Made by a program: the position numbers and the translations under genes. This document shows, piece by piece, positions 1 to 15,200 of a stretch of 64,000 nucleotides of DNA (positions are counted from its first letter, which is position 1; each line of letters opens with the position of its first letter). The notes beneath the pieces are model-generated. The model had not been told where the DNA came from, made no database searches, and was given only the letters and a program-made list of their open reading frames with translations. Source of the stretch: Tubiluchus corallicola (taxonomy: Eukaryota > Animalia > Priapulida); NCBI GenBank assembly GCA_030141605.1, contig JAQGDQ010000176.1, positions 124,001-188,000 of the forward strand. The letters are read 5' to 3'.

Positions 1-2284
1 AACATGTCTAAGACTATGAGCCACCTACTTGTCTCTTCTATGCTCTAATCATAGAAAATGCTCTAAAACAGAAAGTAAGTTCACCATACGGACAGAAATT
101 TATTAACTTGTCACAACCATGTCACCATTTTGGTTTCGCACGTTTTTAAATATTATTGTTGATAGGATCTAATACCATTCTAGTTCCAACAACTGAAACC
201 AACTTCTCCTCTTACTGAATTCCAACTTATGGTAGCACAACCAGCGTAATAATTAATATTAAATAACTGATAATATTAAATATAATAGCGAATTATACAT
301 AATAAAAGTCAAACGGATCTCAATAACAGAGTTATTATGTATCAATAATGTATAATTATGCTCCTAATAATTTGCATTAAAATTTCAGTCAAGCAGACCT
401 GAAACTTAATTATATTTTAGTCCAGCTGCTTTAGCAGGTTGAGTTTATGATCTAATCATTCCCAGTAATCGAAAAGTTAGCCTTTCGTTTAAGTACTGGG
501 CACCATATTTAAAACAAATGTTTAAAGATAAATATTTAAATATAAAAAACGAATGGAAAAAAGTTCGTACAGCCTGTCAACTACAACTATCTCTTATTAC
601 CAAACAATTGGACTGTTGTTAAAATTCCTGAAATTTTTTTGAATTGTTCATCGTTAGGCATGTTGCTCCGCCGGGCAGGGATTAGGAGGAGTTGTTTGCT
701 CAGTTTCTTATCAAATAATAGGTTACTGATAAAAGAAGCAGAAGCAGCAAAGTTAATAGTTGACACGCTTATCTTGCAAGTATTCGTGGAACAAAGGGAG
801 GATCTAGGTTCTATATTCAAGTAAAAACGATAAGTAAAAGTAGCATCGCTTCAATTAAACAGAAATTAATAGAAGCAAGCAACACGCATTATACAGTTGT
901 TTTTAAAATATCCTTTTTACTCGTCATATGAATGTCTGTCTGACGATCCTTATTTCGTCACGAAAATGAATATCATATTATACTCTGTAAAATAACATGT
1001 TCATTTTTTGTTCCAATTTTTTTATGTTTTAAAAGAGCCTACTTACGGCGCAAATGTAGGTTCTTTTGTAAACACTGAGGGTGTATTACATGCATGACTT
1101 ACTCCCATTTATTATTTTCTCAACAATGAATAAAATTTTGAATTAGCAAGATTACGCCTGTAGACATACTATTACCAGAAATTGTATATGCGAAAAATTC
1201 TATAACAACTTTTCGTAATTCACCACCGCAAGAAATCTAGATAGGCCTACAGATATGCACTGCAAAACCTTCAAGAAAACTATTACTGGATTATCCATTA
1301 TCTAAATCTAATACAAGCCTAATATAAGTTTTAACCGAAGGTGAAGTTCGCCCTTGACAAAACATCTGTTATGAGCCGAAATCAGCGGCCAATCAATCAC
1401 CTGCAGATAACTGATACCAGTATAACCGGCAGGTAACTTTATCATATATAAATTACAAATTTACAAAACTTTTTAAATATATGGACGAACGGTTACGAAA
1501 AGAAAAATGTCTATCATATGCATTCAATTTTTTAAGTGACAATTCCCTATTCAAGTTCCATACAGCTTTCTTTCTTGCAGAAAAGAGCATTAATTTTTAA
1601 CCTCACCAAGGTGATTTTTACATAAAACCAGTTTCGAACATTAATAACTCATTAATAAGATAAATATTAATAAACTCCTGAACAGCCGTGTTCTTTTTCA
1701 ATGTCACCTTTAAAAACAAATTTTTGACTCTGAAAAATATCGGCACAGCATTCGAATAAATGACGAAAGTTAAGTAACCACTTTGTGAAATTACATTTCT
1801 GAAAACACAGAAAATAAAGCGTATAAGGTTGCATAGAGTTCGTTTTTACTCAAAATTCTGGTAAACTACATTCAAAGAGAAGCATTAGGATTATAGTACA
1901 CATTGGAAACCTTACCCTATTAACTAAAACAACAGGTTTTGTAAATTTCGTTTTTTAAAACACTAAGTAATCATTCAAAGCAAAACAACATATGTTATAT
2001 ATAAACGATTAATTATTAACCCATCAGCTTAAGTCTACAGATTTTCTCAAAATAAATTAAAAAAGAGGTTTCTGAAAATTTGTTTATAATATATAATAGT
2101 TTTTGTCATCATCCAAACTTTCATGTAGTTTAATAAAAGCAATACCCGCACAAATTAATAATTTGATTAATTCTATTCACGTAACAACAGTCATACGACA
2201 GGTTTTTTTATATTATAATTTGTTACGTAGCAAAAATTCAAGTATTTCTTCTATTTTTAAATAGTTGCTGTTCCATATACACAT

Positions 2285-2334
2285 GTAAGCCAGTCCTCAT
2301 ATTGAATTAGTAAGCCAGTCTTCATATTGAATTG
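2285..2334 (+). repeat. Tandem duplication, 2 x 25 bp
   Basis: gtaagccagtc[c/t]tcatattgaatt[a/g] occurs twice. Confidence 0.9.
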
Positions 2335-5300
2335 ACGTCTACCATAATGTCAATCATTTTCGTTGACTGCCCAATCAGCGTGCAAGTTATTCACACACCC
2401 TGCAGCAGGTACGTTCGGGACATTTGGCTACAGCTCCGTCTAACGCTGTTATGTAAAATGCTCAACTTTTTATTAGTTAGCGGGAGAAATATTAGCCTGG
2501 TTCTAGATTTTATTATTGTCAATTGAAATTGCAAGTGAATTGGTGGAAATATATAGTCTAGTTTCGTTTATAGGATTAAATACACAACGCTTACGTCTAT
2601 GAGTTGATGATTAAAACATTTTGCAATCAAGAAAATACGCAGTTTAGTTATGGCTTTGCAAGTTAGATAAAAACAACTATTTGATTCAACTTTAAAGAAT
2701 GGCAAAACAAAATGTTTCCTTTCCTGGCTAGTTTTTATAAACACTAATGAGATCTTCACAGTCAAAATTAATTCAAATGTGGTCAAAACTTATATTATAC
2801 ATCAATGTAATATTAGCTAATTGTACGCTATGTTTCCGGTTATAATCGAGGTTAAAAGATACCATTGGGATGTATGTGACTCAGGCATTCAATATAAGGG
2901 TCGTCTATGGAATAGAACAACCAAATTTATTCCATTTCCGTAGCCTAACAAACGGAAAAATACAAAAACTTAATAAATTTTGCAGATGAGCACATGATCA
3001 ATTAATATAGAAAAATACATCGCAGGCTTGGTGTTCGTATGTTTAAATGCAAAAAACACTTAATATTTCTGTTGCTCGTTTATTGTAAAAAAGCAAGGCT
3101 AACTGGCTTAGTTTCTTTATTATATTTATGTCTCTGTATTTTGTAGTGCTTTGAAACTTCGTCTCTACATTCTGTTTAAATTGAAAAGTTATTTTTTGGC
3201 TACTTAAAGTGTTAATTTCGTGTTAAAATAGCTGCTGCTACGCAAATTTGAGTTTACGAAAAAGAGCAATTAGTTTATCTGCTGATTAGACAATAGTGGT
3301 GACTGTCATGTTGTTTAGTTCAGTTTATTTTAGCTTAAACAGTTGTTGTCCCGAATGCTGCTAAGGGTGCTACGTTGCAGCGGGGGCGGAGCGATAGACT
3401 AATATGCTTGACATCAATTATTAACACAAACGGCAGCTACAGTAAATGCTAATTGCTTCGCCTATTGTATACATAATACATATGTGCTGTTGTTATAAAC
3501 AGTACATGTATACTAGAAGCAATTGGCATTTAGTGTAACATTAGAATAAATCCAGGGGCAAGAAGTTGATACGTGCACATTGCATTATGAAAACACACAG
3601 TGACTGCTATTGAAGAAGCACAAAGCACAAGTTTCTATTGTTTTCAATATAGTAACTACAGAACCCCCAAAACAGCCATGCAAATGACAAGATAGACACA
3701 AAAGCTTCATTAACAATAAATCAGGAAGCTTTGAACTCGGTGCCTTAAAGATGGACATATTATATGTATATCAGAACTGGTTTTATGTAAAAAAAATCAC
3801 CTTGCTGAGGCTAAAAATTGTAGATCTATTCTGCAAGAAAGAAAGCTGTATGGAACTTGAATAGGGAGGCGTCACTTAAAAAATTGAATGTATATGACTG
3901 AAACTCTTCTTTTCGCAACTGTTTGTCCATGTATTTAAAAAATTTAGTAAATTTGTAATATATATCATTTATTTAGCGAATTAAAGTAGTACAGAGGTAA
4001 GTAGATATAGATAATGAGTAACAATAGGACAAGACCAAAAATCATTTGCCTGACATGACAATACCTAAACACAATAAGACGAAAAAGGCAGAAAAGAAAT
4101 GTGCACTATTTAGCAATATACTTATAGTATTTTTATTATTATTATCTGGATAAACTGCTGACAATTTGACGTGATCACACGTTTGAGCAACATTTTCGGA
4201 GCCTCCCTGTATTTTTGGAATACGTCCATGTGCTTACTATTCTTTCCTGTGTAAGAAGCTGTTTTCCTTTTCGCGTTTCATATCTTTGGCTTGAATTGGA
4301 TTATTGTCAGATGTGTCATGTATCAGCAGTCACACTTGGAGTCGCCTTTTCAGTTTTGGTATCCCCTCTCGGATAAATTATTTTAAAGTAAACAGCGCAA
4401 ACTATAATGAATTAATTATCACACATGCAGCTATACACTGGGGTGAACAGAGAACGGTAATCAGAGAACGGTAATCATCTCCTGATCATATGTATCTGTA
4501 TCAAGTATAGGATTCACGTACAAAATGCCGTACATGCCAACGCATGTATACAATCATTTGTGGTAAATACCTTTGCTTAACACATTCACACGCACAGACT
4601 GAACAGATAGACAGATTCACCTTCGTAATTGGACGCAAAAATAATGTTCTACATTGAAGCAGTATAGATCTATACCAGAATTTCATTAATCAACGACCAT
4701 ATAAATCATTGCTTTCAGGAGCGCACGTACACAGTAAGAGCTTTATGTGACACTCCTAGTTAGCAACATTATAATACGTATGTACAACTCCTTTGTGTAA
4801 TAGTTAGCACGCATCATTTACATTTGGCTAGGCATTTTCAAATGAACTTATTCAACGTACTAATATTAGGGACACCCACTAAAGCGATTTATCAATTTTG
4901 TTTGACGGCAACCATGCCACGCATATTATCTCAATGAATCAAGTCCAGGTGTACAGTTTTACGTGCATTAGACATCTCACCTGGTTGTGCAGCACCCCTG
5001 GACAGGCACAAGTTTTTCTAAATAAATGCCAGGCACGTGGCAAAAATATTTGAACAGTGGGATGCAGGATAAAAGCCTAGGAAGATGTCATCCCAAGATA
5101 AATATTACAGGGGAGGTGAATGAACAACAGCTTTCTATTTTACACAAAAAATCGACAGAGAAATTGCACATATCTGTGGAAAAATTTATTATTATAAACT
5201 TTATTATACTACGATTTTGCACACAACGAAAAAGATGATATGGTGGTGTATATAAACAGACTCTTAAAATAATTCAGCTTTCGCACGATGCTGGTTGACT

Positions 5301-8274
5301 CAATACTCCAAAAGACATATAGTTCAGGAGTACATCACGAGATGCAATCTGTAGGTTACAAAAACTCGAAAAGTTGGTTATTATACAATCAAACATAACC
5401 CCTAAAGCACATAACTCAAAAAGGTAGAAATGAAAAAGTGCATACAGCTAACTTTTTGAAGAGAAACTTCTCGTCAGCATAGAGAAGTACATAAATTTAT
5501 TATAGAATAAACATGGAAAGAGTACGAAAGTCACACAGACCATGATCAGCTGGTCACTCAGCTTTTAAAAAAGAAATTTGTATTGGATGTCTTTAATTGG
5601 CTTCAGAAGAAATAAGAACTATTTTGGTAATGTATAGTCATTAAAAGCAAACGCTTGCTAATAGGTCACACATGTCGTAAAGACTGTAATTTTTGCAGAC
5701 TATGCTAGTGAAAAAAGATAACTGAACTGACACGATCATAAAGAAAAATGACCATGCAGTTTTCATAGGAACTGCTTTCCTGTGATATAGAAGTAAATGC
5801 ATCCATATCATAAGAAAGCAGCTTCAAGCGACACAACAGACAGCCATCCATGAACATAACATTAATCAACGCGCGTAAAAACGATAAGGCTAAAACCGCC
5901 CAAAGACGACGGTCTGTAAAATCAATGAGTACAATCAGTTTTAAATTTGTAGTTGCAAATGCTGCTTATATTTCATTGAATAAGACAAGCATCTTCATCA
6001 TGCGTTCGTCAGGATTATTGAAAGACATTCTATATGACACGGTGCAAGGCAGAAACACGTCACCCTGAGATTTATGAATGAAAAAGACAGCGCCAAGCAC
6101 AGAGAACGCGGATCTATAAAATTATTGAACAGTTTCGAACAATCGCAACAACTAAAACAAAAACTATACGCTTAGTATCAAAATACGTTTATCTCGAATG
6201 CAAAGTTTAGGGCAAAAATATATACTGTAGCAGTTGAGAAACACTAATTTTACAATTGATTATAGCAATTGCAACTCCAGTTTCTGTTCTCATAATCAAG
6301 GCACTTATATGCTTTGTATTTTGAACACGCCTGGCGTTGTAGGTGGTTTAAACTAGCCGACGGGCAATTTGAGTAATAAAATTGTTACGTATATGGCGGC
6401 AACTTCGATTATGCACTGAGAAAACAGACTGAAAACTCTACGCCAGTCATAACGTAACCTAGCTGATTTTTAAAAGACAAAAACAAAGACAAGATTTATC
6501 TACCGTCGCTCTTTTAACAAACAACATCAACACCAACGGCTATTTAGTGACTTACACTTACCACACACAAATAACGAATAACATGTACCCCGTATGCATG
6601 CCCTGGCGTTGGCAGCCGCTAGTCTCGAACCTCAAAATTGCGTGGTTGCAGACCGAAATCTAAATCACTCGGACAAAAAATCTCCGGACACAAAAAGAGC
6701 TCAAATTTGAGATTGCATAACCAGGAAAGCGCAGGAGTAAAGAGATTGAAAACTCCAACACCATGCAGATATCATATAGTGACATATTTACAGCGGTTTA
6801 TTTTACAAGGTTATCTGAGCTTTCGAATAAACCAAGAATACCCGCAAGTCAGGAAGCGCAAAATGAACGCTTCAAATTTACACGAAGGCTATAATTTTCT
6901 AACATTTTTCACACACCATTAATTATTGTTAAGCAATTTGACAGTTCGGTAACTCTAGTGAAAAAAATGAATGAAGAAGGGACGGGTTGACGCACATAGT
7001 GGGCGTTACAGAGACAGCTGTTACAAAGAATTTTTACCCATAAGAACCACGTGACAACGAAAAAAAGTTCTTTTGGAAACACGATAAGGCAATGAGTGTT
7101 ACGTCTATAGTTTTAACAAGTGTCTATGCCAGCGCAAGGCTACACTTTCATGGCTGTGATGCTTTGAAGCCTATAACTATGCAGACAAGTAGCCGCGAGG
7201 CCCAAAGATTTATAGTGCCGGCGTGCGTTTTTTCTCCGGTAAAAGCAATTGGGTTCGACTTCGCTGTAAATTAAACTAGATACTAGATGCACACCATGTT
7301 CAGTCTGGACGCAGTGCCTTGCCAGATTTCAAACGGCTCTCTATGAATAAAAGCACTATCCATACAGATTGAGCCTAAACAAGGTATATCAGTCATCTCT
7401 ATCACAATGCCAGATTTCTCAAAAAACATTCTAATTGTAGCACAGCATTTGGAAACTAACACGTCCCAAAAGACAAAGACATCCGGAGTCATCTAAGCTT
7501 TTATATATAAGACGGTTGATATTGGTGCGAATGAAAATTAACATATTGCAAGCGGTACTAAACTAGTTTACTCATAGGATCTTAATGTCATCTTAATTGT
7601 AAGTAAATTCTCCAAAGTTTATAGATAAAAACGATTTTGTCACGTGGTTTCTTCATTCATTACTCTTCATCGCCGTTCGTCACGCTAAAAAAACCAAACC
7701 GCGGGTAATTTTCCGCATAATTAACGACTATAACTGGAGACAGCCCGTCTAGCCGATATACGTGTACACCTGGTTTATACGTGTACAAAAGCTCGTCAGC
7801 TTATCTCACGGTAATTTCTCAAAAATGTTAGTCAATAAATGTAGCAAAATGGGTAGTTAAGCAAAGTGGGACACTGAAGGAAAAGGCTACCTGTAGATCT
7901 ATCATATATTCCGAGTGCACCCGGAGTTTCGATTCAACCTCAATGACACATTTTACTTGGGAAAACTGGAACTCTTCTATCCCAATAAGCAACGACACTG
8001 CAAAAGAACTCTAACAGCTAAACTGTGTTCACAACAGTGTAACATGACGCATTTTGACAACATCAAACATAACTGCAAATAAGCAACAGATTTCGTCATT
8101 ATTTCTTCTAGTGGACTAATGAAAGAGTAAAGCCGTTTGGCTGCAGGCAATTATCTTTCACTTTCCGCTTTGCTTTCTTTGAGTTGACGTGAGTGATGTA
8201 AAGTATTGCTTTCCTTATCGTCAAGTGCTCATGTTTTGCAGCGTTCTGTGTATCCTTGGAAACCCTGACAATAG

Positions 8275-8386
8275 TGAGCTTAGAATCCACATTAAGTAAA
8301 ACTTTTCCTGTTTATCCTGCTCAGTTCATTTGAGCTTAGAATCCGCATTAAGTAAAACTTTTCCTGTTTATACTGCTCAGTTCATT
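8275..8386 (+). repeat. Tandem duplication, 2 x 56 bp
   Basis: tgagcttagaatcc[a/g]cattaagtaaaacttttcctgtttat[c/a]ctgctcagttcatt occurs twice with 2 mismatches. Confidence 0.95.
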
Positions 8387-9790
8387 TCTCCTGCACCATG
8401 CACTTTAAGCAAAAGTCACTGCTGTACGCCTAATCCAATGTTATTTCTTATTTACTGTTATATTTTTATAGCCTTTGCCAGCAATTACAGTCTATTTCAT
8501 TTTTTAAATGTCATCTTTTGAAACAACGCGGATTTTCCTACGCCGAAACACTGGCAAACAAAAATCATTCATAACATCACAATTATCATCGTCATCATAC
8601 GTGTTGCTGTCACCACCGCCGTGGCCACCCACAATCAGCACCACCAGTTTAAGCAAATAAACTTCAAAATAAACAACAAATCCAAAAAGACAGATAAGAA
8701 AAAGCCTGTGTGTGTGCGTGCGTGTGTATATAACGTTCATGTGCATGTTCATGTACAAAATACGACAACAAATTGTTCATACTTGTGCAACCTGATAAAA
8801 TTTAACAAATTTTGCTGCAATATATAAGGTTATTTCAAGAAACAGAAATGGTTTAATTTAATGTTTCTACGAAAAGAACTGTCAAACGGTTCTTATAACA
8901 AAGTAAACCTTTCATTTACAGAAAGCCTTTTAAAAACATTTCGCATTACCAGTATGCTATTACCGAAATTGTGCTTTATTCACACATTATGTAGGTTATA
9001 GAGCAAGTGCAATGACAAACTGCACAATCATTTAAAATGATTACACAGTTACTTCTCAAGGTAACTCTTGTCTTACACGTACAACACCTTGAGCTAGTCA
9101 AGATGGGTTACCAGCTACCTAACACGTGTTATAAGTAGAAACGTTTAACATTTGTGAAAAACGAATGTCTAATTTACCTTTGTAAGATACCAATATTCTA
9201 GCTATAATAAGCCTACAAAGCTGCATATATAGGCTACCGCCGAACCAGAATTTAGAATTCTGATAAGTATATACAATATATTCATATCAAAAAAGCCTTC
9301 GGGGTAGTTACTTTAATTGCATAAAACATATAATTAAATCCGCCTGTGTCAAAGAGTCGGTCTTCAAATTCAAAACATCTAGTGCAATAAAAATGTATTT
9401 TTACAACACTTTTACGAGCGCACCACCCTAATATTACATGTGCTTTCTTTGAAAAGATGCTGTTTAAATTTGGTAAGTACGTGGCAAAAACTTTTCTTTA
9501 CAAGTTTACAACGTCTGCAACATAATTGAAATTGCTCAAAGGACTTTGTTACAGTGAAAGGCTTGAACGTACAAAGAATAAACTCTTGTGATTTGTACTT
9601 ACAGACATGTATAAGTTATATAAATATGTAGGCCTAAACAGACAAGACATTAAGGCCCAATAAATAAGCCTACATGAACACGTATTGTTGTCAAATTTTC
9701 GCTTCATGGCGACAACTAATTTTCAAGGTAAAATTGTACAATATCCTTTTTTATTATAATACGTTATAATAAGTAGTATACATACTACTT

Positions 9791-9819
9791 ATATATTATA
9801 TATATATATATATATATAA
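9791..9819. repeat. (TA)n microsatellite
   Basis: Read directly. Confidence 0.9.
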
Positions 9820-10604
9820 TAAGCAGCACATAATAAACGTACCGCTTAAAAATCCACGCAGTGGAAGAAGCGATTACGATGACATGGTCTGAAACAGCAT
9901 CGCACCTTCACTCACTTCCGGACTTTAAATATCATCAAGAGAAAAACCTTAATGCAAAATGGCAGGCGGCTAAAAATTGAAACCTGTTTGGAAGAATGCT
10001 TTAATTCAAAAATAATCAACCAGCAGTTACAATTTCCTGGGCATGACCTTTAAATGGTATAGTAGATAGCTCTAATAATTTATTAATAATGTCGGCGTGC
10101 GTGCGTGTATAAGGAATTATGAACTTAATACAAAGGTAAAAGTCATGATCTGAAACACTGTGAAATACAGTGCAAATTGATGTAAAAGGAGGCTGCTATT
10201 TTTTTTAAAGAATATAATGCTACATATATGCTTTAAGGTCTGGCTACAAATATGTCTTCAAGGCCAGGCTAGCCTCTCAAGTGCTGCATCTGCACAAGGT
10301 CCATGCTGCCTTTTATACTAAGCACATACTATCCTACAGGACCAACAATAACATCATTCAGTGGCGGATACTTGCAAGATTGTTTCATTTGCATGCAAGC
10401 CCTAAAGATGCATCTAATTAATGCCACCGTTAAATCGAAAATTTAGATGCTTTAAAGTTTATGACTTAGCCGTCACAAAAGTCAAGAAAAACGCAAATCC
10501 TAAAATGATTAGGCAAATACAAATTAAATTAGTGCTATAACAATTAATCCCTTCAGCAAAGGTAAGTGCTTTACAGTGTATGTATATACTTACAGGGCCT
10601 TACT

Positions 10605-10657
10605 ATACATACATACGTACGTACGTACGTACGTACGTATGTATGTATGTATGTATA
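10605..10657. repeat. Compound microsatellite (TACA)2(TACG)6(TATG)4
   Basis: Read directly; 10605-10648 is a perfect 44-bp palindrome. Confidence 0.95.
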
Positions 10658-11141
10658 CAGCTGAGCGTTTACTGACGTGAGGTACATTTTTTCCTCGAGC
10701 GCCAAGCATCACGGACATAGGAAAACTCCCATTTTTCATTTGGGTTTTGAGTTACGGCAATTTTTTCACCAGTATTTACGGAATGTGGGGTAGATGTGTA
10801 ATTGGGCTTTTAAAAAGCTGGCACTCTTTAAGCGCCAAAATAGGAGCGAAAATGCTTACCAATGAATAACTCTAAAACTATAGTAAGCAGAGTCACGAAA
10901 CTTGCAGTGAATACACTTATGATACGGACTCAGACAATGGTATAAAGCTGAGATTATTTAAAAGCCCCAGACAGGAACCAAAATGTAAAAATTAAGGCAT
11001 CCACTTTTCATTCATGTTAACGGTCAGGTTTTCTCGATGATCATTTAACTCCCATGGGTTTTTGGATAAAATAATTTTTTTCATAAGCATTTAGATATTG
11101 TACAGGTAGATGTGTACCTACAGTCAAATGATAATTAGCTA
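10658..11141. mobile_element. Probable Tc1/mariner-type MITE
   Basis: It begins TA|cagctgagcgtttactgacgtgaggtaca directly after a microsatellite. A degenerate inverted match, tgtacctacagtcaaatgataattagcta, lies at 11113-11141. There is no coding capacity. Confidence 0.45.
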
Positions 11142-12080
11142 CGTGCACCATGCGCAGTAGTTAATCACACTTGAACGTAATAATCTACAAGTACTGACGT
11201 GCGTTAACCACACTCGCCCAGGTACAGTAAGTTATAAGCACGGTCACAGCGTTACGCTCGCGGATCTGGATATGAATTCGCTCTGTCTTGTTGCATTATA
11301 AAAACCGTAACAGCTTTGAGGTGCTCGAGCAGTAACCCCATTCTCAACACGCCACAGATTATGTAGACAATTTTTGTGACAATCATGAAACAACCACTAA
11401 ATGCGCCGTTTGTTTGCTAACGATTATATCCATTTCAACATAACAGTAAAATAATAACATCCAAGAAAATTACCGTCGGATGAATAACCAGATAGGTTAG
11501 GCAAGTATTCTTAAAATAAATGGCAATTTCAAACATACAATGCATTTAGCATTGCACCTGAATAAATTCTACACATGTAATTTTGAGACTTAATACAGAC
11601 AAAAAATAAAATATCCCATTACAGGCTTAAAGCACCATGAGTGATGGTCATTAAGAGATTATGGCATACGCTACTGACATAATGTCAATATAAAAAAAAT
11701 AGTACAGTAAAATATAACATCCTTGTGGAATTTGTATTTACTTTACTCAATTAGATTTTGTTCTATTCTAGACATTTTAGCATTTTTGCAGACATACAAA
11801 AATCGCTAAAGGACAAAAAAGAAAAAAACCAAGAACTGCGATGCGCAAAGAAAAATTCTGAATGAAAAGACGCTAGTTGGGCATTGAAGGCTTTTGTATA
11901 AAAACGATGGAAAATTTCTTCCAACTCATTTATTCCTCGACCCTGTTACTCCCACACGCCGCAGAACTTTACAAAGACCTAAGGAGGCGTAAAAGCGTTT
12001 CACCAGTAAATTACAGTGTGCTGGACAGAAACATGTCTGAAGTGCTAACGCAGACTCGCTCAACTGTAAGATTAAACTTA

Positions 12081-12299
12081 AGGCAGTCATACACTGGATG
12101 ATCCGTGCAAATGGGGTGATGCGAGGTTCCACAGGCAAACATTTGCGCTTTTAAACAATGGACGGCAGTTGCCGGACATCTTGGGTAGATAGTTGTCTGC
12201 CTGTCTCACATCTTTGTATTGCATGCATTAGATGGGTACGTGCCTGTTGCCAGGCTGAACTAGAAACGGTTCTGACACACGCAAAGTAGTGTACTGGCC
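12081..12299. mobile_element. Possible PIF/Harbinger-like MITE remnant
   Basis: ggcagtcatacact at the left end matches agtgtactggcc at the right end, and internal acaggcaaac pairs with gtctgcctgt. GC is raised relative to the flanks. Confidence 0.3.
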
Positions 12300-15200
12300 A
12301 TTTGTTGGCAACACCCCAGGACAAACGAGTAACTATATAAAAAGAATGCAATGATTAGCCTTGGACAGAAGACTTGCTGACAAGCTCAGTGTCCTTAATA
12401 ATCGTGGCATGCGCCGCTGTCAGGAAGTAAAGTTAAGCACGCAGAAAAGATTATTGAAACTTAGATAATATGTTTGCAAAGGTAAAGAATTTCTTTGCTT
12501 CTGGCGCAACTTTAAAATGCGTGCAGTTTGTGCTGAAGGTGAAATTATGAATGATTTAAAACACTTTGTGACTAGCAACATTCTAATAATGTCAGATATG
12601 ACAAACAATATAAATGAAGTCCATGCAAGATAGCCATCATTTCATTATATGCGTATGAAAGGTTACACCTATACTTGCAAACTAAATCCCTTCAGTAGTT
12701 TTGATATTATTTTTTGCCGTGTTATTAACTTAGGTTTAGTTTTCCAAGTTCTACTACTACATTTGTTTTGCGACTTGTGAATCCTCTTACGGTTGATTTT
12801 CTCTTGAATGTGACTTAATTATGTGGTATCATTTATGAAATTAAAAGTTAACTCAAGTTAGGACGAGTGAAAAGCGGACCTTCCACTTTCTTTCTCTTCA
12901 GTCCTCCCAGAGTTTTCCTGGAAGATTTCCTTTAATCATTCTGACGATATCGTAAAAAGAATCTGCTTCTGCAGAACTGTGGTTATATTATTAGTTACAC
13001 TGTTTAGAAAAGGTTTCCGTAGTGACAAAGTTGCGCACGGAAGTTGCCTTTGATGCTGTGACAAACATGCGTTAATCTTGTAAACTATTCATATACTCCC
13101 AGTATTTCATTTACATTAGTCCAAGGTTGCATGCAAATTCGCACGTACAATATGAGAAAAGCAAGCAAGTTTTACATGATAAAGGTTCGCAAATGGATGG
13201 TAAAAACAAGTTAAACAACAGGCTCGAAAAATACCGATGAAATTACTTCAAATTACAAGATCGTTTGTAAGGGCGACTGTAAACACGTCACAATTATTAC
13301 GGCTACAAAAGAACAAGGATAATTTAAAAGTTTACATTAGGTCACGATGTGTTTTTACGTACTACGTTTAAACATGTGGCCGTGCATACTAAACACATAT
13401 TACAACTTTTACACAGGTATAGCAAAGGCCACTGTTTATACACGGGGTTTGACTTCCGCCCATCCTACATTTACCCGCTGAAGTTATGTTTGTGCTTCTC
13501 TGCTCGCATGACAAATATCGCGCGCATAAAAACAGCCTCCTCTGCTAGTGATGAGATAGTACAGGATACATTTGATTACCTAAATCTTTACTATAAACGT
13601 TGTAAAATTATACTGTATTAAGTACACATAAAGGTTACACGCACTTTATTTTACGCAAAGTACAAACCTCCACAAACCAAGCAAAACAATAACGCGAGAA
13701 GGCAGGGCTAGAGTTCTAGATATTCGTGATAGCACACCTGTACTGTAAAAAAAATCTACCGGACGGAAAAGTTATAACAAAAAATATCAAATATGAATAT
13801 CAGAAAATTGCTAAAACGGTACAGTTTTAAACAGAAGCAGGTCTATGAAAACTGAAAATGTAAAACGAAATTGAAGAATACACTCTGAATGTACCAAAGC
13901 GAAAAATGTGGTTGCCCAATCGCACTAATGTCCAACAATTTTACGAGATATTTGGCATTCTCCTCACATTGAGATCACATTCATTAGTATATTTACCGTA
14001 TGTAATGAATATTCGCTTGCGTTCAGTTGCAAATGTTCTTTTCGTTTGCTGAAGTATATAAATAGGTTACACTGGCAATTTTGCCGCCAGCAAGCCTACA
14101 ACCATCATCATCATCATTTTTTCATAGTCCTTTTATTCTGCCCAATACATTATACAGTCAAATCACAAAGTCCAAAAGTCACAGTTTTGCGCTGACTTCT
14201 TGACATGATATCAACTAAAGCACACAAATCACATTCGCTAATTATACACATGCAACAGGATATGCTATATTTGAATAGTAATTCGATTACAATAACTTAG
14301 TACTTATTACTTTGGTACATATGGTGGTAATTAAAAATTTTACTGATTTACAAATACTTCTGGAAAACAAAATAACTGATTTAGGACCACTCAATTTGTC
14401 GCTATTCAGCCTAATCTTCGCTTTGATAAATAAAATAATTTGAAAGTAAATTTAAAAATCCAACTATTGGCGCTCAATGCAATGGCGCATGCGTACTACG
14501 TTTTTCACTTAATAAACAAACGGCGCGTCAGCTTCTTTATTTTCGTTAAACTAGTTTAATGGAGGAATTTGACCCAAATGGGCTGTTAAATTGACGAATT
14601 TATGAGAAACCGTTTTGGATGTGTGTATAAACGAGGCGTGGGCGCGCGAACCATCCGGTATTCGTCTGTTAGTCTACGTCCTCAATCAAGAAGCAAATTA
14701 TTGCCAATGCAAAACAAACCCAGTGTTTGAGAGAACACAAACATGGCAAACTTTTCAACAAACCAACAGATTTTCACTGCTTGCTAGCAAAGGTCTGATT
14801 TCATTGACTGACAGGCAGACATAGGTATCATTAAATCGATCTCAATTAAAAGTGGTGCCAATTACAAAATAATGAAAACAACATATTCAGACACGATTAA
14901 TCGAACAACTGTCTTTGTTGATAAGTTAAAATAAGGTTTTAACTGGAAGAAGATAGCGATTGATTGCTGTCAAAATTCAAGAATCGGGTCAAATATGGCT
15001 AATCCTAATTGGCTAGAGGTCAAAACAAAAGCTAAGAAGAATAACAAACAAACCTACAGCTGGAGCACAGATATTTGAAAGCTACTAAAATCAACCACTG
15101 TCGACTTGTATTCTCCCCTTCGAGTTAAGTTGACTGAATTCTTGATTTTTTACGGCCCAACAATAGCTATTGCTGCTTATATATTTTCATAACAAATAGC

